This document shows positions 56,345 to 64,000 of a stretch of 64,000 nt of DNA, piece after piece. Under the pieces are notes generated by a model that saw only the letters and a list, made by a program, of their open reading frames with translations, was not told where the DNA came from and made no database searches. Within the stretch, counting starts at the first letter, position 1. Every line of letters begins with the position of its first letter. Location of the stretch: positions 49,677 to 113,676 of the forward strand of contig JBBDXR010000008.1 of assembly GCA_040902205.1 (NCBI GenBank), written 5' to 3'. The DNA is from Anaerolineales bacterium (GTDB lineage: Bacteria > Chloroflexota > Anaerolineae > Anaerolineales > UBA11579). The position numbers were made by a program, and so were the translations under genes.

Positions 56345-57502
56345 ATGGCACCAAAAGAAGGGACGCTATCTATCGTCCTGCTGGGCACGCAAATGGAAGT
56401 GGCTGGCTCGCAGCGCAATCTGCTCGCCCAGGCCCGGTGGTTTCACCTACAAGGGCATCGAGTCAAAGCCGTTTTTTTCTACGATAAGCAAGGTCTGCAC
56501 GAGAAGTGGCAGGCCGAATCCGCCTTCCCCGTCGTCTCATTGAATGGTTGGAAATCGGGATCATCGGGCTTCCGCAATTACCTAAGGCTGGGACCAGCTC
56601 TCCTCAGGCTATTTCGATTGCTTAGGGATGACGTGGACGTGATCGTCGCCTTCACGCCGCACAGCAATTTGCTGGGGCTTCCCCTGGCATGGCTGGCGGG
56701 GGTACCGGGCCGCATTGGGTCGCACCGCGGTTATATCGAAGGTTCCTCAAAGTTTATGCAGCGGCTGCACGGCCGCCTGACAAATTCGCGCCTGTGCGGC
56801 GCCATGGTGGCGGTCTCCTCACAAGTAAGAGAGAATGCCATCCATGAGGAAGGCGCGCGGCCAGAACGCGTCGTGGTGATCCCGAATGGCATCGATCCCC
56901 CGGCCTTCAAGGCGGGAAAACGGGATGCCACACGTACGCAACTGGGGGTACCGGAGAGTGGACTGCTGCTGATAACCGTGGGCCGCTTGACCATCCAGAA
57001 GGGACACACCTATTTGCTCGATGCGATCGCGCAAATGGCTCCCCGGCATCCCGAACTTCGCTTCGCCTTCGCGGGAGAAGGCCCCCTGCGCGCCGAACTG
57101 GAGGCCAAAGCACAGCAGCTGGGAATTTCCAAGAGCATATTATGGCTGGGGATTCGGGAGGACATCGGGGATCTGCTTTCCGCTGCAGACGTATTTGTGC
57201 AACCCTCGCTTTGGGAAGGATTGTCGCGAGCGCTGTTGGAGGCGCTTTTTGTCGGTTTGCCGGTCTTGTCCACCAACGTGGAAGGGGTAACCGACGTGGT
57301 TGAAGATGGAAAGAGCGCCTTGCTCATTCCCGCGGGAGACGTCCCCGCGCTGGCGAAGGCGATGGAACGCATGGTTGGGGATGCCGAGCTACGCAAGCGC
57401 CTGGCCCGCGCCGGGCAGGAGAAAGCGAAGGCACAGCACAGCCTGGAAGGCATGTGCATTGCATACGAGGCTCTCATGCGCAAGGTATTGGATGCCAGCT
57501 AA
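56345..57502 (+). CDS. Glycosyltransferase, GT4-like (GT-B)
   Basis: QPSLWEGLSRALLEALFVGLPVLSTNVEGVTDVV. Confidence 0.85.
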   Translation: MAPKEGTLSIVLLGTQMEVAGSQRNLLAQARWFHLQGHRVKAVFFYDKQGLHEKWQAESAFPVVSLNGWKSGSSGFRNYLRLGPALLRLFRLLRDDVDVIVAFTPHSNLLGLPLAWLAGVPGRIGSHRGYIEGSSKFMQRLHGRLTNSRLCGAMVAVSSQVRENAIHEEGARPERVVVIPNGIDPPAFKAGKRDATRTQLGVPESGLLLITVGRLTIQKGHTYLLDAIAQMAPRHPELRFAFAGEGPLRAELEAKAQQLGISKSILWLGIREDIGDLLSAADVFVQPSLWEGLSRALLEALFVGLPVLSTNVEGVTDVVEDGKSALLIPAGDVPALAKAMERMVGDAELRKRLARAGQEKAKAQHSLEGMCIAYEALMRKVLDAS

Positions 57503-59552
57503 GAGATCCTCGAGAAACGCAAGGCTAGCTAAGATAGCGCTGCTGGTTGCACTTGCCTTCTTGCTGCTATTGGCCGGCGCCGAGATCTTTAATCTTGGCT
57601 GGGGCTCCGGATCCTGGCTGGGCAGATTGTCGGCTAAATGGGCTGTTACCTTATTTGCCTTCTATGTCTTTTTTGCGGGATTGTTCGCACTTGCGTATGC
57701 CTGGCTGTTTTCTCCGCAATGGACGGGGTTGGAGAAGCGCATCATAGGCGCGCGCAAATCGCTGTGCCAGTGGCGCTGGTTGCCCGCGGTGCTTGCCGCG
57801 CTCACCCCGGCCTGGTTCGTGTATTACTCGCCCTGGGGGGCGTTGTTCGTGGGGTTATTTTTCCGCATCCTGGTTTTCGGCATCGCCGTATTACTTGTCG
57901 CCTATTTCCTTGCGCGCAGCGAAACCAAACTGATCACCTGGCAGACTTTTCTGCTATCCGGTCTGGCGGTTGGGACGTTTCTAGTTTTGGCTGAATCCTT
58001 TGTGCTGGTTACAGATTATCCGTTCGCGCTGCACTGGTCTGAGGGGAATCGTTTGTGGGACTACTCGGTACTCTTCGGCCGCGATCGATACAACTATTCG
58101 GGGGAGGGGCCAATCCTCGCCCGCATCAATCCCACGCGCCAGTGGTTGTGGGGATTGCCCTTTCTTATCCCACAGTTGCCTATCTGGGCGACCCGCCTAT
58201 GGGGCGCCGTCCTGGTTACCATCCCGTACGCGCTGTTGGGTTGGGCCGCGTTTTGGCCGGGGATCAAGTATCGCGGCCCATGGATACTGGCCGGATTCTG
58301 GGCGCTCATCTTCCTGAACCAGGGACCTATCTACACCCCGCTCGTGCTGGCAGCGATCATTGTGGCGCTGGCCCGCCGCGGTCCGTGGTGGCTGGCCCTG
58401 CCGCTGGTCTACCTGAGCGGCATCTATGCCAGCATCAGCCGTTATACATGGAGTTTCGCCGTTGGCATCTGGGCGGTCGTTTTGAGCCTGGGAGATGCCG
58501 TGCTGGAGCATGGGAAACTGATCTGGCGCGATTGGCTGCGCAGCGCCGCGTTGGGGTTAGCTGGCATCTGGAGCAGAGGTTTGCCGATCCTTATTGGGGT
58601 AGCGATTGGCTTCTTCCCCTTTTTGGTTGCGGGCGATGCAGGCGCGCCCAGCCTGCCATCGCAATCTGTTGAAACGTTAGAGGGTCTACAGGCCGTAACT
58701 ACCCGGCAACCCTTCCTTTGGGACCGTTTGTTTCCCAACGGTATCTATCCGCCGGGAATTTTATTGGGGCTTTCGCTAGCCACGCTCCCGCTGATTTTGT
58801 TGCTTTATTACCTGGCAAGAACCGGGAAGTGGAAAACTACGTTTTTAGAGCAACTTGTCACGATAGCTGGCTTGGGGTCCATGCTGCTCGTGGGCGTGAT
58901 CGCCAGCGCCAAAGTGGGTGGGGGGACCGACCTGCATAACATGGACATGTTCCTTGTTGGCCTGGTGCTGGTGGCTGGCTTGGCGTGGGAGGGCGGACTG
59001 GCCTCAAGGCTGGCTGGACTGTTCAAGACCTCCGCCGCTGTCCGCTGGCTGCTGGCGGCGACGATCATCATCCCAGCCTTTATGCCCATGGTGGCGGGCA
59101 GGCCGCTTGAGCTGCCGTCAGCCGAGCGCACAGAATTCGTCCTCGGTCGGATTCAGGATTATGTGGCCTGCGCCCGCCAGTATGGCGACGTGCTATTCAT
59201 GGACCAACGCCAGCTCATTACCTTCGGCCTGGTTGGGGATGTGCCGTTGGTGGTGGAGTACGAAAAGAAATTCGTCATGGACCAGGCCCTGGCCGCCAAC
59301 GAGGCTTATTTTGCGGAATTCCGTTCCGATCTGGCGTCGGGACGCTTTTCGCTCATCGTCACCGAGCGCGAGGCGCTTCTATATAAAGAGCCAGACATCG
59401 AAAGCATTGGGGACGATCTAATCGAAGAAAACAATGCCTGGGTTACGTGGGTAACCACGCCGCTCTTGGCGTATTATGAATCGGTGGCCGATTTCAAAGA
59501 TGCGGCGATAGAACTGTTCTTGCCCAAAGAGCGCAGTTTTGACTGCCCATAA
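57492..59552 (+). CDS. Large polytopic membrane protein with C-terminal soluble domain (possible GT-C enzyme or polymerase)
   Basis: Start taken at ATG 57492; the upstream part of the track ORF overlaps the preceding GT4 gene. About 15 or more hydrophobic helices. The last roughly 150 aa are hydrophilic. No family motif recognised. Confidence 0.45.
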   Translation: MPAKRSSRNARLAKIALLVALAFLLLLAGAEIFNLGWGSGSWLGRLSAKWAVTLFAFYVFFAGLFALAYAWLFSPQWTGLEKRIIGARKSLCQWRWLPAVLAALTPAWFVYYSPWGALFVGLFFRILVFGIAVLLVAYFLARSETKLITWQTFLLSGLAVGTFLVLAESFVLVTDYPFALHWSEGNRLWDYSVLFGRDRYNYSGEGPILARINPTRQWLWGLPFLIPQLPIWATRLWGAVLVTIPYALLGWAAFWPGIKYRGPWILAGFWALIFLNQGPIYTPLVLAAIIVALARRGPWWLALPLVYLSGIYASISRYTWSFAVGIWAVVLSLGDAVLEHGKLIWRDWLRSAALGLAGIWSRGLPILIGVAIGFFPFLVAGDAGAPSLPSQSVETLEGLQAVTTRQPFLWDRLFPNGIYPPGILLGLSLATLPLILLLYYLARTGKWKTTFLEQLVTIAGLGSMLLVGVIASAKVGGGTDLHNMDMFLVGLVLVAGLAWEGGLASRLAGLFKTSAAVRWLLAATIIIPAFMPMVAGRPLELPSAERTEFVLGRIQDYVACARQYGDVLFMDQRQLITFGLVGDVPLVVEYEKKFVMDQALAANEAYFAEFRSDLASGRFSLIVTEREALLYKEPDIESIGDDLIEENNAWVTWVTTPLLAYYESVADFKDAAIELFLPKERSFDCP

Positions 59553-62178
59553 ATCAAAATTGCTTAAGAACCCGAAGAGCGGCGCGGCCCAGCGGCTGCG
59601 CGCCTTTACGCTCCTGGCGGCCCTGGAGGCCATGGGGGCGATCGGCCTGATATTCAGCGCGCCCAGCGAGGGGAGTTCGGCCTGGCTGCTCGGCCTGTCA
59701 CCGGCGCGTTGGTTATTGCTGGCCGCCCTGCTGGTTATTGCGGCGTCGTTCGCGGTCCTATACTGGCTGAATTTGAAGGGCCACAAAGTTTGGCAGAGCA
59801 TTGAAAAGAGAATCCTAGCCGCGGTTGCGCACCCGGTTCTTTATGCAGTGATCATCGGCGCGGCTTTGCTTTTATCGGTCCTTTCTTTTTACCTCTGCAT
59901 CCTCACCTATAAATTCACTGACGAGTTCGTCCACGCCTGGCTTCTGCGCCTATTTCCAGCATTGGCCTGGCTCCTTCTGTTCAGCTTGCAAACCCTGGTC
60001 TTTGCGCCTTTGCTGCGCGCCTCCAAGAGCGAGGCTTTTAATATCAAGGCCTGGCTGCCTGGCGGATATGCCTTAGTCGTCATCGCGGCCGTTGCCCTCT
60101 TCATGTGGGGCACGGGCCTGGGTTTGCAACCGGACCGGGCGGGCTGGGACACGCCAGGTGTTCCACTTTTGGCCACGCAGGTCTTGTTGGCCTCGTTTGG
60201 GGCTGGGCTGCTCTATCTGCTTTTGATATTTATCGAACGACGATTCGGCTGGCAACTTTCTCGTGTGGACCTGATCGCCGCCTTTGTCTTGTGGGTGCTT
60301 GCCATTTGGATCTGGCAGGCTCAATCCCTTACGCCCACCTTCTTTTCACCAACTCCGCGGGCGCCGAATTTCGAATACTATCCACAATCGGACGCAGCCA
60401 CGCACGACCTTTCGGCCCAAAGCCTGTTGGTCGGAGAGGGATTCAACGACGTAATCGAAAAACCGCTTTACAGTTTTTTCTTAGCCATCCTGCACACGCT
60501 GGCAGGGCAGGGCTATCTGAACGTGGTCGCCGTCCAGATCGTGGTGCTGGCGCTCTTCCCCGCAATACTCTTCTTGCTGGGCAGCCAGCTGCACCACCGC
60601 CTCACGGGTTTGCTTTTGGCGCTGGCCGTCATCCTGCGCGAGCAAAATGCCATCGCGCTCTCCGGGGATATCAACGTTTCGCATTCCAAACTGCTGATGA
60701 CCGACCTCCCGGCGGCGTTGGGCATGGCTCTCCTGACGCTGCTCGTGTTGCGTTGGTTCCAAGCGGACCGGCGCGATTTACGATGGCCGCTGTGGGTGGG
60801 CGGTGCACTCGGCTTGTTGCTGCTGCTGCGCTCGCAGACGCTCATCTTCTTGCCGGTCGCCCTGATCCTTGCCTTTTGCCAGGCGGGCAAGATCCTGCGC
60901 ATCCGACTGCAATATGCGGGGCTGCTTTTGCTCGGCTTTCTGTTGGCCGCACTCCCGTGGATGTTCAGGAATTATCAATACACAGGGCAATTTGGATATT
61001 CGCAGCCGCTACAGGCCTTGTACCTGGCCAAGCAATACAGCCTGACCCCTGAATTGGGTGATCCGGGTTTCCCTGAGGGGACACCCGTGTCGGATTACGT
61101 GTCGTTGGGCTTCTCCAAGGTGGCCCAGTTCACTCTTACATATCCCGGTGAGGTGGCGCGCTTTGTCGTCGCCCACTTTTTCCACAATGAAGTCTCCGCA
61201 TTGTTGGCGCTGCCGATGCGTTTTGATCTGACTGACAAGATCGTCACGTTCTATAACTTGCGGCCTTATTGGCTGGGAGCTGAGGATCGTTTGTGGAGCG
61301 AATGTTGTTCGCTGGATACCTATGTCAGTGATACGCCCTATTGGCAGAACTGGGATGGGCAGATCCCCAACGATGCGTGGCTGCCGTTGGCGTTCAACCT
61401 GACTGTCGTCGCTATTGGGGTAGGCGCCGCGTGGAGGAAAACGGGCTGGCTGGTCCTGGTGCCGCTCGGAGTGCACGTTCTGTACAACTTGAGCACGGCG
61501 GTGGCCCGCGTGTCGGGCTGGCGCCTGATCCTGCCTGTGGACTGGGTACTGACCCTTTTTTATTGCGCGGGGTTAGCTCAACTGACGTTGTGGGGCTGGT
61601 CCTACCTATTTGAATCCAGGCAGGCCAAAGCCGAAAAGCGCGCGCGGCCCAGGCCAACGAGCCGGCGGCAACAGCGGTTGCCGCAGTGGGCCGCGGCTAT
61701 CTTGCTTGCCGGCCTGCTGCTTCCAGTGGCGGAGCTAGCGGTTCCCGCCCGCTTCCCGGTCTTGGACGCGGCCACGGCGCAAGCCCAATGGGAAACTTCC
61801 GATCTGGCGCAGATGACCGGCCTGAACCTGCAAGGCTTCCTCGGGCAGCCGGGGGCCAAGGCCATCTGGGGGCGGGCGCTCTATCCTCGCTTCTATGCCA
61901 CCGGGGTCGGCGAATCGGGAGGCGAATCCGCATCCAATCCCCTGCCCTTCTCCAGGATGGCTTTTCGGGTCGTGGGTCCTATGAGAGACCAGGTGGCCCT
62001 GCCGTTGGCTGCGCCTCCGGGATTTTTCCCCAATGCCGTGGATGTACTGGTCCTGGGTTGTTCGGAGGAAACCTATTTTCGAGCGGCCGCGGTTGTCTTT
62101 TTGAATTACGAAGGACAGGATCTGCTGGCGGATAATTCCGACGCATTCATTTGTGCGGATAGTGAAAACTTTCAGTAG
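59539..62178 (+). CDS. GT-C-family (ArnT/PMT_2-like) polytopic glycosyltransferase with large C-terminal domain
   Basis: 879 aa with many TM helices. An early-loop acidic segment (YPQSDAATHDLSAQSLL) is followed by PLYSFFLAILHTLAGQGY, resembling PMT_2/ArnT-family signatures. Confidence 0.55.
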   Translation: MTAHKSKLLKNPKSGAAQRLRAFTLLAALEAMGAIGLIFSAPSEGSSAWLLGLSPARWLLLAALLVIAASFAVLYWLNLKGHKVWQSIEKRILAAVAHPVLYAVIIGAALLLSVLSFYLCILTYKFTDEFVHAWLLRLFPALAWLLLFSLQTLVFAPLLRASKSEAFNIKAWLPGGYALVVIAAVALFMWGTGLGLQPDRAGWDTPGVPLLATQVLLASFGAGLLYLLLIFIERRFGWQLSRVDLIAAFVLWVLAIWIWQAQSLTPTFFSPTPRAPNFEYYPQSDAATHDLSAQSLLVGEGFNDVIEKPLYSFFLAILHTLAGQGYLNVVAVQIVVLALFPAILFLLGSQLHHRLTGLLLALAVILREQNAIALSGDINVSHSKLLMTDLPAALGMALLTLLVLRWFQADRRDLRWPLWVGGALGLLLLLRSQTLIFLPVALILAFCQAGKILRIRLQYAGLLLLGFLLAALPWMFRNYQYTGQFGYSQPLQALYLAKQYSLTPELGDPGFPEGTPVSDYVSLGFSKVAQFTLTYPGEVARFVVAHFFHNEVSALLALPMRFDLTDKIVTFYNLRPYWLGAEDRLWSECCSLDTYVSDTPYWQNWDGQIPNDAWLPLAFNLTVVAIGVGAAWRKTGWLVLVPLGVHVLYNLSTAVARVSGWRLILPVDWVLTLFYCAGLAQLTLWGWSYLFESRQAKAEKRARPRPTSRRQQRLPQWAAAILLAGLLLPVAELAVPARFPVLDAATAQAQWETSDLAQMTGLNLQGFLGQPGAKAIWGRALYPRFYATGVGESGGESASNPLPFSRMAFRVVGPMRDQVALPLAAPPGFFPNAVDVLVLGCSEETYFRAAAVVFLNYEGQDLLADNSDAFICADSENFQ

Positions 62179-62219
62179 GTATAATCCTTTGGCGCGCCTC
62201 GTCTGAGGCGTTCTTGTTT

Positions 62220-63704
62220 ATGTCCATTGCCCTGATCAATCCCAATCTCGTGGTGCAGCGCAGCGATCCATTTACAACCGGGATCGTGTATATGCCGATC
62301 AGCCTGGCGTATCTGGCGGCCGCCCTGCGCCAAGGCGGCCATGCGCTCCAGGTGATCGATGCATATGCGGCCGCGCCGCGCCGGAGCCGCGCCGAAGGCA
62401 AGTTCCAGTTCTTCGGCCTGACCGAAGCCGAGATCGTTGGGCAATTGCCCAGCGAGCTGCGGGCGGTCTTCGTGTATGCCATCAACCTGACCAACCATCT
62501 TTCGACGGTGTCGATTGTCAGCGCGGTCAAACAGGCCTTTCCCGCCGTGCCCGTTATCGTGGTCGAGAACACCCAAGCCGTGACGGCCTATGCTCTTTCC
62601 CAGGTCGCCGAAGAGTTCTACGCGGCGGGTGCCGATTACATTCTGACCGGTGAACCTGAACGACGGGCGATCCAAATACTCGAAGCACTAGTTGGCCAGG
62701 CGAACGAGGCCGATTTGCGGAAAATCGACGGGCTGGGTTCGCCTGCTTTTTATAATCCGCCAAGCAGAGTTCTTTCTGAGGAAGAGCTCAATACGCTGCC
62801 GTTTCCCGCCTGGGATCTGTTCCCTCTCGAGAACTACTGGTCGCTGCGTTTCGCCCATGGGCCGCTTTCGGCACGGCGTTATTTGCCCCTGCTTACTTCG
62901 CGCGGCTGCCCCTACCCGTGCGGTTTTTGCGTAGTGCCGGCCACCAACAATCAGAAGTGGCGTCCGCGCTCGGTGGGCAACGTGGTCGATGAACTCGAAC
63001 ATTTCGTCACCACACTGGCTGTCCGCGAATTCCACATCGAGGACCTGGACCCCACGATATCCGACGAGCGCATTCGGGGCATTTGCGGCGATATCATCCG
63101 CCGGGGTTTGAAGGTAACCTGGAAGATCGCCGCGGGCACGAAAGTGGAAACGATGCGCGACGAGGAGACGATCGACCTGATGGCCAGGGCGGGATGCCGC
63201 TACATTTCCATCTCTCCGGAGACCGGGTCGGCGCGCCTGCTGAAGTTAATGCGTAAGCCCTTCAATTTGGAGCATGCGGTTCGCCTGGTGAAGCGCATGG
63301 ACCAGGTCGGCATCCGCTCCCAGGCCTGCTTCGTCCTGGGCTATCCCGGGGAGACGGAAGAGGATCTGCAGATGACTTGGAACCTGGTGCGCGACCTTAC
63401 CCGCGTGGGCGTGGACGAGATCGCCCTGTTCATCGTCACCCCAGTGCCTGGCTCCTCGATCCACGAAAAGTTTTCCGGATATACGACTCTATCGGAACTG
63501 AACTTCAGCCCCACCTGGCGCGGCGACTACGCCGGGCTTAATCGTTTCCGAGTACGTTTGTATGCGCACTTCCTGTGGTGGAAACTGCGTTATCATCCCC
63601 TCAAATTGCTGCGCCAGCCCTTGAATTTCTTGAGGCGCCGCTTTGAGACCAAGATGGAAATGGTGCCTTACCGAGCGTTGGTGCTGCGCTGGCTAAGCCG
63701 ATGA
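62220..63704 (+). CDS. B12-binding-domain radical SAM protein (class B rSAM)
   Basis: Start taken at ATG 62220. N-terminal B12-binding-like Rossmann segment, radical SAM cluster motif SRGCPYPCGFCVV (CxxxCxxC), and ISISPETGS. Confidence 0.82.
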   Translation: MSIALINPNLVVQRSDPFTTGIVYMPISLAYLAAALRQGGHALQVIDAYAAAPRRSRAEGKFQFFGLTEAEIVGQLPSELRAVFVYAINLTNHLSTVSIVSAVKQAFPAVPVIVVENTQAVTAYALSQVAEEFYAAGADYILTGEPERRAIQILEALVGQANEADLRKIDGLGSPAFYNPPSRVLSEEELNTLPFPAWDLFPLENYWSLRFAHGPLSARRYLPLLTSRGCPYPCGFCVVPATNNQKWRPRSVGNVVDELEHFVTTLAVREFHIEDLDPTISDERIRGICGDIIRRGLKVTWKIAAGTKVETMRDEETIDLMARAGCRYISISPETGSARLLKLMRKPFNLEHAVRLVKRMDQVGIRSQACFVLGYPGETEEDLQMTWNLVRDLTRVGVDEIALFIVTPVPGSSIHEKFSGYTTLSELNFSPTWRGDYAGLNRFRVRLYAHFLWWKLRYHPLKLLRQPLNFLRRRFETKMEMVPYRALVLRWLSR

Positions 63705-64000
63705 TGGCCAGACAAGCTGCTTCGACAAAGCGGGCTCATTCATATGGAGAGCAGCGCACCTTCCGCGGGCTGGAGAATTTTGCCATCCGCCGCCGCTTAT
63801 TACGCGCCCGTTTATTTCTCGACCTTTTGGTTGTACAAAACCCTGGCAAGCAACTTCATTGCCTCGAACTGGGCTGCGGGTATTGGGGGCGCAACCTAGT
63901 TGCGCTAAGCCGGGATTATCCGGGAATCGAGTTCAGCGGAGTGGATCTGTCCGTTTCCAAAGAGGCCAGCGGGTTTGAGCTTATCGAGGCAGACCTGACC
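63701..64000 (+). CDS. Class I SAM-dependent methyltransferase, 3' end outside window
   Basis: Hand translation gives MMARQAASTKRAHSYGEQRTFRGLENF...LHCLELGCGYWGRNL...GVDLS, with motif I LELGCG. ATGA overlap with the rSAM stop. Confidence 0.65.
   Translation, partial: MMARQAASTKRAHSYGEQRTFRGLENFAIRRRLLRARLFLDLLVVQNPGKQLHCLELGCGYWGRNLVALSRDYPGIEFSGVDLSVSKEASGFELIEADLT

Noticed and set aside
57300-57491. A 64-codon N-terminal extension of the 57492 membrane protein, overlapping the GT4 gene.
   Set aside because: The extension reads out of frame within a well-supported GT4 C-terminus. ATG 57492 directly precedes the first hydrophobic helix.

Overview
High-GC bacterial chromosomal segment; sampled 60-nt lines run about 60-70 % GC, with several AT-richer patches. 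All calls rest on by-eye reading of the supplied ORF translations and the DNA. No searches were run, and start codons are inferred. Gene content (spoVS, mutS2, lipobox lipoproteins, many promoter-like hexamers sitting directly on start codons) suggests a Chloroflexota-like or similar monoderm-type organism, but that is a guess.

Positions 1-29.2 kb hold mixed housekeeping and accessory genes:
- dnaN (5' partial), a PEP/pyruvate-binding ATP-grasp protein coupled to a deoxynucleoside kinase, an FAD oxidoreductase, spoVS and mutS2.
- A methylcrotonyl-CoA-carboxylase-type leucine-catabolism set (CT subunit, BC, BCCP, MaoC hydratase, CitE-like lyase). It is interrupted by a YciI protein, a plant-type LRR lipoprotein, NTF2-like and DinB proteins, and a large polytopic membrane protein.
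- A second, AT-richer paralogous membrane protein, then DUF4349, a metallophosphoesterase, cdd, a CNNM/CorC protein, glmU and tRNA-Gln(UUG).
- A REC-Roadblock response regulator and a cobalamin-riboswitch-controlled BtuFCD-like importer.

Positions 29.3-64.0 kb, continuing past the window end, form one co-directional block of 34 plus-strand ORFs. The largest gap is 118 bp and there are 13 start/stop overlaps. I read this as a very large glycan-assembly locus. It contains:
- a MarR-type EPS regulator;
- a neuB-neuC-neuA nonulosonic-acid core with two embedded methyltransferases;
- wecB and a cupin/DegT/TylM1-like triad predicting a dimethylamino sugar;
- 10 glycosyltransferases (5 GT4-like, 5 GT2-like, one of them Dpm1-like) and a TagF-like transferase;
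- 8 clear plus 3 probable SAM methyltransferases;
- a fused MsbA/PglK-type ABC exporter and two huge polytopic (GT-C-like) membrane proteins;
- a B12-binding radical SAM enzyme.

No Wzx, Wzy, Wzz or initiating phosphoglycosyltransferase is recognisable. This methylation-heavy, sialic-acid-type locus, flanked by B12 import, is the best candidate for an undescribed system. No CRISPR array, IS element, integrase, prophage or known defence system was recognised.
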